This document shows, in pieces, positions 21,951 through 35,657 of a stretch of DNA of 64,000 nt; positions within the stretch are counted from its first letter, which is position 1, and each line of letters opens with the position of its first letter. Origin of the DNA: Blastocladiella emersonii ATCC 22665 (taxonomy: Eukaryota; Fungi; Blastocladiomycota). The notes beneath the pieces are model-generated. The model made no database searches, had not been told where the DNA came from, and was given only the letters and a program-made list of their open reading frames with translations. The position numbers and the translations under genes are program-made. The stretch covers positions 2,108,001-2,172,000 of the forward strand of contig JANHCV010000005.1 of the NCBI GenBank assembly GCA_025594325.1, written 5' to 3'.

Positions 21951-23234
21951 ACCCTCCACGAATCACACCGCGCCGCCGCCTCTGTTGCCGCCGCGGCCGC
22001 CGCTAAACGACCAATCGAATCTTCTACTACACCACCAACACCACCACCACCACCCGCTACGCTTTCTCCTGTCCATGGCGAGGACCTCAGCACTCCCGGC
22101 TACGCCATGGTCGGCGAGTCCGTTGCTGGCGCGACGCGGTCCCTTGCCTCGTTCGGCCGTCGCCTCCTCGCCTCCATCTGGCGCGACCCCGCCGCTCTGT
22201 CTCGCCTCGCCGGCTGCGTTGTACGCGCCCGCGACGTCGCCTTCGCCTCCCGCTCACTCCAACTCGACCGCGACCTCGCTCGACCCGTCCTCGCGGCCAT
22301 CACGTCCGTCGCCTCCCGATCCCTCTGGCGCGGCGCCTGGCTCTCTCACTCCGCTGGCTGCGCCGAGGCCGACCCACTCGATTCTTCTGAAGCTCCGCCG
22401 CGCGAGCCGCGTGAGCGGGCCCGCCGCCCATTTGGCCAGCCCATTGCCACACTCAAGTTCATCAACCGCCACCACTACTGCTCTCGCTGTCTGAGCTCGC
22501 TCCATTCCCACGTCCCCAACCCGTCTGGGCGTGAAGAAGACCCGCCAGTGTGCCCGCCGTCCACCGCGGCCCAAGCGGCTCTTGTTGCAGATCCCTCCGT
22601 CCGACTTTGGCTGCTCGGTTCCCCAAGGCACATTCGGTGATGTGACTAGACCAAGGATCGGCGCAGTCGACGCAAGTCCAGTAGCACCAGGTGTTTGCGC
22701 GCGGTACTGACCCATCCACTTTCTCTCGTTCTGACGACGATGAAACGCATGATCCGCCACTGAATGGCGCTGACGCACAAAAGAAAACGAAGGAGAAAAA
22801 CAAAAAGAAAAGAAACGCAAAAAGAAGAATGTCCGCACAAAAAGATGGAAAAACATCTGACGAACCTCACAGGCCATGCCCAAGACCACAGCACTGCCAC
22901 TGGTCCATTGGCATGTCCTCGCGCTCTAGTTGGTCACGCCAGCTTGTCTCTCTGCTCGGTCTCTCTTTACTGCGTTTCGTTCGCTCTCTTAGCTCGCTGC
23001 TCGAGCTCGCTCTCTCTTCGCCTCGTTCGCCCATCTCTCTCGTACTCCCCTCTCCTCCCACAATTCTTCCCCCTATGCTCCTCGACGTGCACGGTCCGGG
23101 CTTGTCGTACTGCGGCTTGCCCACAAAAGGGCTGCTGCCCGTTGCACAGTGGATATTCTGCTTGCAGTTCACAACCGCTGTTAAGGAATAAATGCATTGG
23201 TTCCAAAAAAAAAAGAAACCCTCCACGAATCACA
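21951..23234 (+). mobile_element. Copy of the retro-insertion (unit 6; A10)
   Basis: Same TSDs and junctions as unit 1. Confidence 0.85.
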
Positions 23235-26060
23235 ATATGCACGCAATGAATTGACCGATGATATGGCCGTACCAAACCAGCCACGTAGACAATTGTCATG
23301 GTAGTCGAACAAAACCATATTCAAATCTTGGACTACCCGCTTGTCCAGCTAGCCAGGGACCCATAAATCACAGTATCGACCCAACTAAATATTTGACAGC
23401 AGAAATATAGTAAACCAACCTCGTACAAAATTGTCATGGTACTCAAACAAAACCATATTCAAAACCTTGACTTCCCGCATATCCAGCTGGCCAGGGACCC
23501 ATAAATCACAGTATGGAACCAACAAAGTATCTGACAACAGAAATATGGTAAAACAGCTACGCGGATAATTGTCATGGTACTCAATCAAAACCATACTCAA
23601 ACCTTTGCTTTCCTGCATGTCCAGCTGGCCACTGACCCATAAATCACAGTATCGGACCAAGAAAATATCTGACCATGGAAATATAGTATACCAGCCACCT
23701 AGGTAATTGTCATGGCACTCAAACAAAACCATAGTCAAGTCTTTGACTATCCACATGTCCAGCTGATTGAGGACCCATGAATCGTAACGTCAAAGCAACA
23801 ATATATCTCACCATGGAAGTATAGTAAACCAGCCACTCTGGCAATTGTCATGGTACTCAAACAAAACCATACTCAAATCTATGACTTCCCACATGTCCAG
23901 CAGGTTGGACACCCATAAATCACAGTATCAAACCAACAAAATATCAGACCACAGGAGTATATAAAACCGACCACGTAGGTAATTGTCTTGGTACTCAAAC
24001 AAAACCATATTCAAATCTTTCAATTCCCGCTTGTCCAGCTAGCCAGGGACCCATAAATCACAGGATCACAGCAACAAAGTATCTGACAACAGAAATATGG
24101 TACACCAGCCACGTAGATAATTGTCATGGTACTCAAACAAAACCATACTCAAATCTTCGAGTGCCCCATGTCCAGGTGGGCAAGGGCCTATAAATCACAG
24201 TATTGAACCAAGAAAATACCTGACGATCGGGATGTATCAAACCCGCCACGCTGATACTTGTCGTGGTACTCAAACATAACCATACTCAGCCAAATCTTTG
24301 AATACCCTCACGTCCAGGTGGGCAAGGAACCAAAGCGCCAGATATTCAAATCTACCGCTTTGTGCACACTCCACTAGCCAACTCTTCGATCCACTAATTA
24401 TGGAGCCCGTCGTCAAAGTACACTGTCCAATCAACTAAGTAAACAGCCAACCTGCCAGCCTGCCAGCCTGCCAGCCTGCCAGCCTGCCAACCTGCCAACC
24501 TGCCAACCTGCCGCCTTGCCTACCTGCTATCCGAACACCCACACCGCCTCGCAAGTCATTGGGGGCCCGCGCTCTCTGGTTGCCGTCCCAGCCAACAAAG
24601 GAATGAATGATGAGCCCTGGCAGCCTGGCAGCCTGCCACACTGACAGCCTGACTGACAGCGCCCACCCAGTAGATATTATCTATCTCGTAGGTAGTCTGG
24701 GAGGACTTCGTTAGTCAATACACGACCAGTCTCCTCCTGGCTGCCGGCTCTGCTGTCCACTCCAAGTCCTGCATGATGATGGGCCAAGGAGGGTTCCGAG
24801 CAGCTCCTCTGTCTACCCGCGTGAAACCACTCACCCGCTGACGGATGTATACCACGCACCGTGCAGCGCGCACAGCACACAGCGCCCGACGCACCACGCG
24901 GTGCGCACACGGCGCAAACGGCCACCCTGGTGTCACACACACTCGCATGAACGGCAGGCATGCAAGGCGTCCGTCCTCAACTCAACAATGATTTATCATC
25001 CAGGCTTACTACTCGCTCCAACGGGTGCGCCTGCCTGCCCTCCCAGTGCCGTTGATTGATTGATGGGTGCGCCAGCCCCTGTTGCCAGCCACGTGGCAAG
25101 CAACACCTCAGCACCTGCGTCGCCCTGGCCACCGTCCGTACCTTGCAAACAGCGTAGCAGCCGTACTGCTTCACAGGGCTGCAGAGGGCTGGCTGCGGAG
25201 GGCTGAGGCGGCAGGGCTCCTCCTGCAGGAAGGAGACAGTGCTGGGGCCAAGGAGTGCTAGGGACGACAAACTGAATGGTGAATGACCAGACCAACACAC
25301 CACATGCTCCTGGCAGGAGTGCGTGTGGGCGTGCGGGCCCGTGTCCGTGCGTGCCTGTGTCTGTGCGTGCCTGGATTAGACCTCCATCACAAGCGCCAAG
25401 TGACCAAGTGACCAAGTGACAAAGTGACCAAGGTGACCAAGGTGACCAAGGTGACCAAGGTGACCAGGGTGACCAAGGTGACCAAGTGACACACAAGCAC
25501 CAAGCTAGGGTGGCCGGGCGGCCATGGACCGTACTGCATGGGTACCATTACCGTGGACTGGCCGCGGCCATTTATTGCAGCACAGCCCTGCCTGGCTCAG
25601 GACGCGGCGGGCGTGGGAGGCGGGCAGGGTAGATAGGTAGCAGCAGCAGGACCTGGCTAGCTGGCTGTCAAACAACACGAGTGAAGGGGTGCGTGAGGGA
25701 GGGTGTGTTGAACGAATGGATGGGTGGATGCAGGCAGACCTTCATACGTGTCGTGCGTGATGAGGATTGGTTGGCCACCATCCACCAACGCCATGGCATG
25801 GCTGCGGGTGTCGCTGCGTGCGCCTTGGCGGGTGGTGGTGTTGGTGGGTGGTGTTGGTGGGTGCTGTGGTGGTAGTGGAGCTAAAGTGGTGTTGTGGGGC
25901 TCCTGGGGTCCCCTTCCCTTCCTGTCTGGCCTAGGTGGGTGGGTGGGCGGACGTAGCGCGCATGCGGGCGGGCAAGGTAGGAACGTTGCTCACGCAATGG
26001 ATCATGTATTTTATGGAACGTAGTCTGCACAGCAGAGAGGGGGATGTCCGGCCCAATCGG

Positions 26061-27346
26061 ACCCTCCACGAATCACACCGCGCCGCCGCCTCTGTTGCCG
26101 CCGCGGCCGCCGCTAAACGACCAATCGAATCTTCTACTACACCACCAACACCACCACCACCACCCGCTACGCTTTCTCCTGTCCATGGCGAGGACCTCAG
26201 CACTCCCGGCTACGCCATGGTCGGCGAGTCCGTTGCTGGCGCGACGCGGTCCCTTGCCTCGTTCGGCCGTCGCCTCCTCGCCTCCATCTGGCGCGACCCC
26301 GCCGCTCTGTCTCGCCTCGCCGGCTGCGTTGTACGCGCCCGCGACGTCGCCTTCGCCTCCCGCTCACTCCAACTCGACCGCGACCTCGCTCGACCCGTCC
26401 TCGCGGCCATCACGTCCGTCGCCTCCCGATCCCTCTGGCGCGGCGCCTGGCTCTCTCACTCCGCTGGCTGCGCCGAGGCCGACCCACTCGATTCTTCTGA
26501 AGCTCCGCCGCGCGAGCCGCGTGAGCGGGCCCGCCGCCCATTTGGCCAGCCCATTGCCACACTCAAGTTCATCAACCGCCACCACTACTGCTCTCGCTGT
26601 CTGAGCTCGCTCCATTCCCACGTCCCCAACCCGTCTGGGCGTGAAGAAGACCCGCCAGTGTGCCCGCCGTCCACCGCGGCCCAAGCGGCTCTTGTTGCAG
26701 ATCCCTCCGTCCGACTTTGGCTGCTCGGTTCCCCAAGGCACATTCGGTGATGTGACTAGACCAAGGATCGGCGCAGTCGACGCAAGTCCAGTAGCACCAG
26801 GTGTTTGCGCGCGGTACTGACCCATCCACTTTCTCTCGTTCTGACGACGATGAAACGCATGATCCGCCACTGAATGGCGCTGACGCACAAAAGAAAACGA
26901 AGGAGAAAAACAAAAAGAAAAGAAACGCAAAAAGAAGAATGTCCGCACAAAAAGATGGAAAAACATCTGACGAACCTCACAGGCCATGCCCAAGACCACA
27001 GCACTGCCACTGGTCCATTGGCATGTCCTCGCGCTCTAGTTGGTCACGCCAGCTTGTCTCTCTGCTCGGTCTCTCTTTACTGCGTTTCGTTCGCTCTCTT
27101 AGCTCGCTGCTCGAGCTCGCTCTCTCTTCGCCTCGTTCGCCCATCTCTCTCGTACTCCCCTCTCCTCCCACAATTCTTCCCCCTATGCTCCTCGACGTGC
27201 ACGGTCCGGGCTTGTCGTACTGCGGCTTGCCCACAAAAGGGCTGCTGCCCGTTGCACAGTGGATATTCTGCTTGCAGTTCACAACCGCTGTTAAGGAATA
27301 AATGCATTGGTTCCAAAAAAAAAAAAGAAACCCTCCACGAATCACA
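26061..27346 (+). mobile_element. Copy of the retro-insertion (unit 7; A12)
   Basis: Same TSDs and junctions as unit 1. Confidence 0.85.
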
Positions 27347-30204
27347 ATATGCACGCAATGAATTGACCGATGATATGGCCGTACCAAACCAGCCACGTAG
27401 ACAATTGTCATGGTAGTCGAACAAAACCATATTCAAATCTTGGACTACCCGCTTGTCCAGCTAGCCAGGGACCCATAAATCACAGTATCGACCCAACTAA
27501 ATATTTGACAGCAGAAAAATAGTAAACCAACCTCGTACAAAATTGTCATGGTACTCAAACAAAACCATATTCAAAACCTTGACTTCCCGCATATCCAGCT
27601 GGCCAGGGACCCATAAATCACAGTATGGAACCAACAAAGTATCTGACAACAGAAATATGGTAAAACAGCTACGCGGATAATTGTCATGGTACTCAATCAA
27701 AACCATACTCAAACCTTTGCTTTCCTGCATGTCCAGCTGGCCACTGACCCATAAATCACAGTATCGGACCAAGAAAATATCTGACCATGGAAATATAGTA
27801 TACCAGCCACCTAGGTAATTGTCATGGCACTCAAACAAAACCATAGTCAAGTCTTTGACTATCCACATGTCCAGCTGATTGAGGACCCATGAATCGTAAC
27901 GTCAAAGCAACAATATATCTCACCATGGAAGTATAGTAAACCAGCCACTCTGGCAATTGTCATGGTACTCAAACAAAACCATACTCAAATCTATGACTTC
28001 CCACATGTCCAGCAGGTTGGACACCCATAAATCACAGTATCAAACCAACAAAATATCAGACCACAGGAGTATATAAAACCGACCACGTAGGTAATTGTCT
28101 TGGTACTCAAACAAAACCATATTCAAATCTTTCAATTCCCGCTTGTCCAGCTAGCCAGGGACCCATAAATCACAGGATCACAGCAACAAAGTATCTGACA
28201 ACAGAAATATGGTACACCAGCCACGTAGATAATTGTCATGGTACTCAAACAAAACCATACTCAAATCTTCGAGTGCCCCATGTCCAGGTGGGCAAGGGCC
28301 TATAAATCACAGTATTGAACCAAGAAAATACCTGACGATCGGGATGTATCAAACCCGCCACGCTGATACTTGTCGTGGTACTCAAACATAACCATACTCA
28401 GCCAAATCTTTGAATACCCTCACGTCCAGGTGGGCAAGGAACCAAAGCGCCAGATATTCAAATCTACCGCTTTGTGCACACTCCACTAGCCAACTCTTCG
28501 ATCCACTAATTATGGAGCCCGTCGTCAAAGTACACTGTCCAATCAACTAAGTAAACAGCCAACCTGCCAGCCTGCCAGCCTGCCAGCCTGCCAGCCTGCC
28601 AGCCTGCCAGCCTGCCAGCCTGCCAGCCTGCCAACCTGCCAACCTGCCAACCTGCCGCCTTGCCTACCTGCTATCCGAACACCCACACCGCCTCGCAAGT
28701 CATTGGGGGCCCGCGCTCTCTGGTTGCCGTCCCAGCCAACAAAGGAATGAATGATGAGCCCTGGCAGCCTGGCAGCCTGCCACACTGACAGCCTGACTGA
28801 CAGCGCCCACCCAGTAGATATTATCTATCTCGTAGGTAGTCTGGGAGGACTTCGTTAGTCAATACACGACCAGTCTCCTCCTGGCTGCCGGCTCTGCTGT
28901 CCACTCCAAGTCCTGCATGATGATGGGCCAAGGAGGGTTCCGAGCAGCTCCTCTGTCTACCCGCGTGAAACCACTCACCCGCTGACGGATGTATACCACG
29001 CACCGTGCAGCGCGCACAGCACACAGCGCCCGACGCACCACGCGGTGCGCACACGGCGCAAACGGCCACCCTGGTGTCACACACACTCGCATGAACGGCA
29101 GGCATGCAAGGCGTCCGTCCTCAACTCAACAATGATTTATCATCCAGGCTTACTACTCGCTCCAACGGGTGCGCCTGCCTGCCCTCCCAGTGCCGTTGAT
29201 TGATTGATGGGTGCGCCAGCCCCTGTTGCCAGCCACGTGGCAAGCAACACCTCAGCACCTGCGTCGCCCTGGCCACCGTCCGTACCTTGCAAACAGCGTA
29301 GCAGCCGTACTGCTTCACAGGGCTGCAGAGGGCTGGCTGCGGAGGGCTGAGGCGGCAGGGCTCCTCCTGCAGGAAGGAGACAGTGCTGGGGCCAAGGAGT
29401 GCTAGGGACGACAAACTGAATGGTGAATGACCAGACCAACACACCACATGCTCCTGGCAGGAGTGCGTGTGGGCGTGCGGGCCCGTGTCCGTGCGTGCCT
29501 GTGTCTGTGCGTGCCTGGATTAGACCTCCATCACAAGCGCCAAGTGACCAAGTGACCAAGTGACAAAGTGACCAAGGTGACCAAGGTGACCAAGGTGACC
29601 AAGGTGACCAGGGTGACCAAGGTGACCAAGTGACACACAAGCACCAAGCTAGGGTGGCCGGGCGGCCATGGACCGTACTGCATGGGTACCATTACCGTGG
29701 ACTGGCCGCGGCCATTTATTGCAGCACAGCCCTGCCTGGCTCAGGACGCGGCGGGCGTGGGAGGCGGGCAGGGTAGATAGGTAGCAGCAGCAGGACCTGG
29801 CTAGCTGGCTGTCAAACAACACGAGTGAAGGGGTGCGTGAGGGAGGGTGTGTTGAACGAATGGATGGGTGGATGCAGGCAGACCTTCATACGTGTCGTGC
29901 GTGATGAGGATTGGTTGGCCACCATCCACCAACGCCATGGCATGGCTGCGGGTGTCGCTGCGTGCGCCTTGGCGGGTGGTGGTGTTGGTGGGTGGTGTTG
30001 GTGGGTGCTGTGGTGGTAGTGGAGCTAAAGTGGTGTTGTGGGGCTCCTGGGGTCCCCTTCCCTTCCTGTCTGGCCTAGGTGGGTGGGTGGGCGGACGTAG
30101 CGCGCATGCGGGCGGGCAAGGTAGGAACGTTGCTCACGCAATGGATCATGTATTTTATGGAACGTAGTCTGCACAGCAGAGAGGGGGACGTCCGGCCCAA
30201 TCGG

Positions 30205-31490
30205 ACCCTCCACGAATCACACCGCGCCGCCGCCTCTGTTGCCGCCGCGGCCGCCGCTAAACGACCAATCGAATCTTCTACTACACCACCAACACCACCA
30301 CCACCACCCGCTACGCTTTCTCCTGTCCATGGCGAGGACCTCAGCACTCCCGGCTACGCCATGGTCGGCGAGTCCGTTGCTGGCGCGACGCGGTCCCTTG
30401 CCTCGTTCGGCCGTCGCCTCCTCGCCTCCATCTGGCGCGACCCCGCCGCTCTGTCTCGCCTCGCCGGCTGCGTTGTACGCGCCCGCGACGTCGCCTTCGC
30501 CTCCCGCTCACTCCAACTCGACCGCGACCTCGCTCGACCCGTCCTCGCGGCCATCACGTCCGTCGCCTCCCGATCCCTCTGGCGCGGCGCCTGGCTCTCT
30601 CACTCCGCTGGCTGCGCCGAGGCCGACCCACTCGATTCTTCTGAAGCTCCGCCGCGCGAGCCGCGTGAGCGGGCCCGCCGCCCATTTGGCCAGCCCATTG
30701 CCACACTCAAGTTCATCAACCGCCACCACTACTGCTCTCGCTGTCTGAGCTCGCTCCATTCCCACGTCCCCAACCCGTCTGGGCGTGAAGAAGACCCGCC
30801 AGTGTGCCCGCCGTCCACCGCGGCCCAAGCGGCTCTTGTTGCAGATCCCTCCGTCCGACTTTGGCTGCTCGGTTCCCCAAGGCACATTCGGTGATGTGAC
30901 TAGACCAAGGATCGGCGCAGTCGACGCAAGTCCAGTAGCACCAGGTGTTTGCGCGCGGTACTGACCCATCCACTTTCTCTCGTTCTGACGACGATGAAAC
31001 GCATGATCCGCCACTGAATGGCGCTGACGCACAAAAGAAAACGAAGGAGAAAAACAAAAAGAAAAGAAACGCAAAAAGAAGAATGTCCGCACAAAAAGAT
31101 GGAAAAACATCTGACGAACCTCACAGGCCATGCCCAAGACCACAGCACTGCCACTGGTCCATTGGCATGTCCTCGCGCTCTAGTTGGTCACGCCAGCTTG
31201 TCTCTCTGCTCGGTCTCTCTTTACTGCGTTTCGTTCGCTCTCTTAGCTCGCTGCTCGAGCTCGCTCTCTCTTCGCCTCGTTCGCCCATCTCTCTCGTACT
31301 CCCCTCTCCTCCCACAATTCTTCCCCCTATGCTCCTCGACGTGCACGGTCCGGGCTTGTCGTACTGCGGCTTGCCCACAAAAGGGCTGCTGCCCGTTGCA
31401 CAGTGGATATTCTGCTTGCAGTTCACAACCGCTGTTAAGGAATAAATGCATTGGTTCCAAAAAAAAAAAAGAAACCCTCCACGAATCACA
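30205..31490 (+). mobile_element. Copy of the retro-insertion (unit 8; A12)
   Basis: Same TSDs and junctions as unit 1. Confidence 0.85.
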
Positions 31491-34372
31491 ATATGCACGC
31501 AATGAATTGACCGATGATATGGCCGTACCAAACCAGCCACGTAGACAATTGTCATGGTAGTCGAACAAAACCATATTCAAATCTTGGACTACCCGCTTGT
31601 CCAGCTAGCCAGGGACCCATAAATCACAGTATCGACCCAACTAAATATTTGACAGCAGAAAAATAGTAAACCAACCTCGTACAAAATTGTCATGGTACTC
31701 AAACAAAACCATATTCAAAACCTTGACTTCCCGCATATCCAGCTGGCCAGGGACCCATAAATCACAGTATGGAACCAACAAAGTATCTGACAACAGAAAT
31801 ATGGTAAAACAGCTACGCGGATAATTGTCATGGTACTCAATCAAAACCATACTCAAACCTTTGCTTTCCTGCATGTCCAGCTGGCCACTGACCCATAAAT
31901 CACAGTATCGGACCAAGAAAATATCTGACCATGGAAATATAGTATACCAGCCACCTAGGTAATTGTCATGGCACTCAAACAAAACCATAGTCAAGTCTTT
32001 GACTATCCACATGTCCAGCTGATTGAGGACCCATGAATCGTAACGTCAAAGCAACAATATATCTCACCATGGAAGTATAGTAAACCAGCCACTCTGGCAA
32101 TTGTCATGGTACTCAAACAAAACCATACTCAAATCTATGACTTCCCACATGTCCAGCAGGTTGGACACCCATAAATCACAGTATCAAACCAACAAAATAT
32201 CAGACCACAGGAGTATATAAAAGCGACCACGTAGGTAATTGTCTTGGTACTCAAACAAAACCATATTCAAATCTTTCAATTCCCGCTTGTCCAGCTAGCC
32301 AGGGACCCATAAATCACAGGATCACAGCAACAAAGTATCTGACAACAGAAATATGGTACACCAGCCACGTAGATAATTGTCATGGTACTCAAACAAAACC
32401 ATACTCAAATCTTCGAGTGCCCCATGTCCAGGTGGGCAAGGGCCTATAAATCACAGTATTGAACCAAGAAAATACCTGACGATCGGGATGTATCAAACCC
32501 GCCACGCTGATACTTGTCGTGGTACTCAAACATAACCATACTCAGCCAAATCTTTGAATACCCTCACGTCCAGGTGGGCAAGGAACCAAAGCGCCAGATA
32601 TTCAAATCTACCGCTTTGTGCACACTCCACTAGCCAACTCTTCGATCCACTAATTATGGAGCCCGTCGTCAAAGTACACTGTCCAATCAACTAAGTAAAC
32701 AGCCAACCTGCCAGCCTGCCAGCCTGCCAGCCTGCCAGCCTGCCAGCCTGCCAGCCTGCCAGCCTGCCAGCCTGCCAGCCTGCCAGCCTGCCAGCCTGCC
32801 AACCTGCCAACCTGCCAACCTGCCGCCTTGCCTACCTGCTATCCGAACACCCACACCGCCTCGCAAGTCATTGGGGGCCCGCGCTCTCTGGTTGCCGTCC
32901 CAGCCAACAAAGGAATGAATGATGAGCCCTGGCAGCCTGGCAGCCTGCCACACTGACAGCCTGACTGACAGCGCCCACCCAGTAGATATTATCTATCTCG
33001 TAGGTAGTCTGGGAGGACTTCGTTAGTCAATACACGACCAGTCTCCTCCTGGCTGCCGGCTCTGCTGTCCACTCCAAGTCCTGCATGATGATGGGCCAAG
33101 GAGGGTTCCGAGCAGCTCCTCTGTCTACCCGCGTGAAACCACTCACCCGCTGACGGATGTATACCACGCACCGTGCAGCGCGCACAGCACACAGCGCCCG
33201 ACGCACCACGCGGTGCGCACACGGCGCAAACGGCCACCCTGGTGTCACACACACTCGCATGAACGGCAGGCATGCAAGGCGTCCGTCCTCAACTCAACAA
33301 TGATTTATCATCCAGGCTTACTACTCGCTCCAACGGGTGCGCCTGCCTGCCCTCCCAGTGCCGTTGATTGATTGATGGGTGCGCCAGCCCCTGTTGCCAG
33401 CCACGTGGCAAGCAACACCTCAGCACCTGCGTCGCCCTGGCCACCGTCCGTACCTTGCAAACAGCGTAGCAGCCGTACTGCTTCACAGGGCTGCAGAGGG
33501 CTGGCTGCGGAGGGCTGAGGCGGCAGGGCTCCTCCTGCAGGAAGGAGACAGTGCTGGGGCCAAGGAGTGCTAGGGACGACAAACTGAATGGTGAATGACC
33601 AGACCAACACACCACATGCTCCTGGCAGGAGTGCGTGTGGGCGTGCGGGCCCGTGTCCGTGCGTGCCTGTGTCTGTGCGTGCCTGGATTAGACCTCCATC
33701 ACAAGCGCCAAGTGACCAAGTGACCAAGTGACAAAGTGACCAAGGTGACCAAGGTGACCAAGGTGACCAAGGTGACCAGGGTGACCAAGGTGACCAAGTG
33801 ACACACAAGCACCAAGCTAGGGTGGCCGGGCGGCCATGGACCGTACTGCATGGGTACCATTACCGTGGACTGGCCGCGGCCATTTATTGCAGCACAGCCC
33901 TGCCTGGCTCAGGACGCGGCGGGCGTGGGAGGCGGGCAGGGTAGATAGGTAGCAGCAGCAGGACCTGGCTAGCTGGCTGTCAAACAACACGAGTGAAGGG
34001 GTGCGTGAGGGAGGGTGTGTTGAACGAATGGATGGGTGGATGCAGGCAGACCTTCATACGTGTCGTGCGTGATGAGGATTGGTTGGCCACCATCCACCAA
34101 CGCCATGGCATGGCTGCGGGTGTCGCTGCGTGCGCCTTGGCGGGTGGTGGTGTTGGTGGGTGGTGTTGGTGGGTGCTGTGGTGGTAGTGGAGCTAAAGTG
34201 GTGTTGTGGGGCTCCTGGGGTCCCCTTCCCTTCCTGTCTGGCCTAGGTGGGTGGGTGGGCGGACGTAGCGCGCATGCGGGCGGGCAAGGTAGGAACGTTG
34301 CTCACGCAATGGATCATGTATTTTATGGAACGTAGTCTGCACAGCAGAGAGGGGGATGTCCGGCCCAATCGG

Positions 34373-35657
34373 ACCCTCCACGAATCACACCGCGCCGCCG
34401 CCTCTGTTGCCGCCGCGGCCGCCGCTAAACGACCAATCGAATCTTCTACTACACCACCAACACCACCACCACCACCCGCTACGCTTTCTCCTGTCCATGG
34501 CGAGGACCTCAGCACTCCCGGCTACGCCATGGTCGGCGAGTCCGTTGCTGGCGCGACGCGGTCCCTTGCCTCGTTCGGCCGTCGCCTCCTCGCCTCCATC
34601 TGGCGCGACCCCGCCGCTCTGTCTCGCCTCGCCGGCTGCGTTGTACGCGCCCGCGACGTCGCCTTCGCCTCCCGCTCACTCCAACTCGACCGCGACCTCG
34701 CTCGACCCGTCCTCGCGGCCATCACGTCCGTCGCCTCCCGATCCCTCTGGCGCGGCGCCTGGCTCTCTCACTCCGCTGGCTGCGCCGAGGCCGACCCACT
34801 CGATTCTTCTGAAGCTCCGCCGCGCGAGCCGCGTGAGCGGGCCCGCCGCCCATTTGGCCAGCCCATTGCCACACTCAAGTTCATCAACCGCCACCACTAC
34901 TGCTCTCGCTGTCTGAGCTCGCTCCATTCCCACGTCCCCAACCCGTCTGGGCGTGAAGAAGACCCGCCAGTGTGCCCGCCGTCCACCGCGGCCCAAGCGG
35001 CTCTTGTTGCAGATCCCTCCGTCCGACTTTGGCTGCTCGGTTCCCCAAGGCACATTCGGTGATGTGACTAGACCAAGGATCGGCGCAGTCGACGCAAGTC
35101 CAGTAGCACCAGGTGTTTGCGCGCGGTACTGACCCATCCACTTTCTCTCGTTCTGACGACGATGAAACGCATGATCCGCCACTGAATGGCGCTGACGCAC
35201 AAAAGAAAACGAAGGAGAAAAACAAAAAGAAAAGAAACGCAAAAAGAAGAATGTCCGCACAAAAAGATGGAAAAACATCTGACGAACCTCACAGGCCATG
35301 CCCAAGACCACAGCACTGCCACTGGTCCATTGGCATGTCCTCGCGCTCTAGTTGGTCACGCCAGCTTGTCTCTCTGCTCGGTCTCTCTTTACTGCGTTTC
35401 GTTCGCTCTCTTAGCTCGCTGCTCGAGCTCGCTCTCTCTTCGCCTCGTTCGCCCATCTCTCTCGTACTCCCCTCTCCTCCCACAATTCTTCCCCCTATGC
35501 TCCTCGACGTGCACGGTCCGGGCTTGTCGTACTGCGGCTTGCCCACAAAAGGGCTGCTGCCCGTTGCACAGTGGATATTCTGCTTGCAGTTCACAACCGC
35601 TGTTAAGGAATAAATGCATTGGTTCCAAAAAAAAAAAGAAACCCTCCACGAATCACA
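34373..35657 (+). mobile_element. Copy of the retro-insertion (unit 9; A11)
   Basis: Same TSDs and junctions as unit 1. Confidence 0.85.
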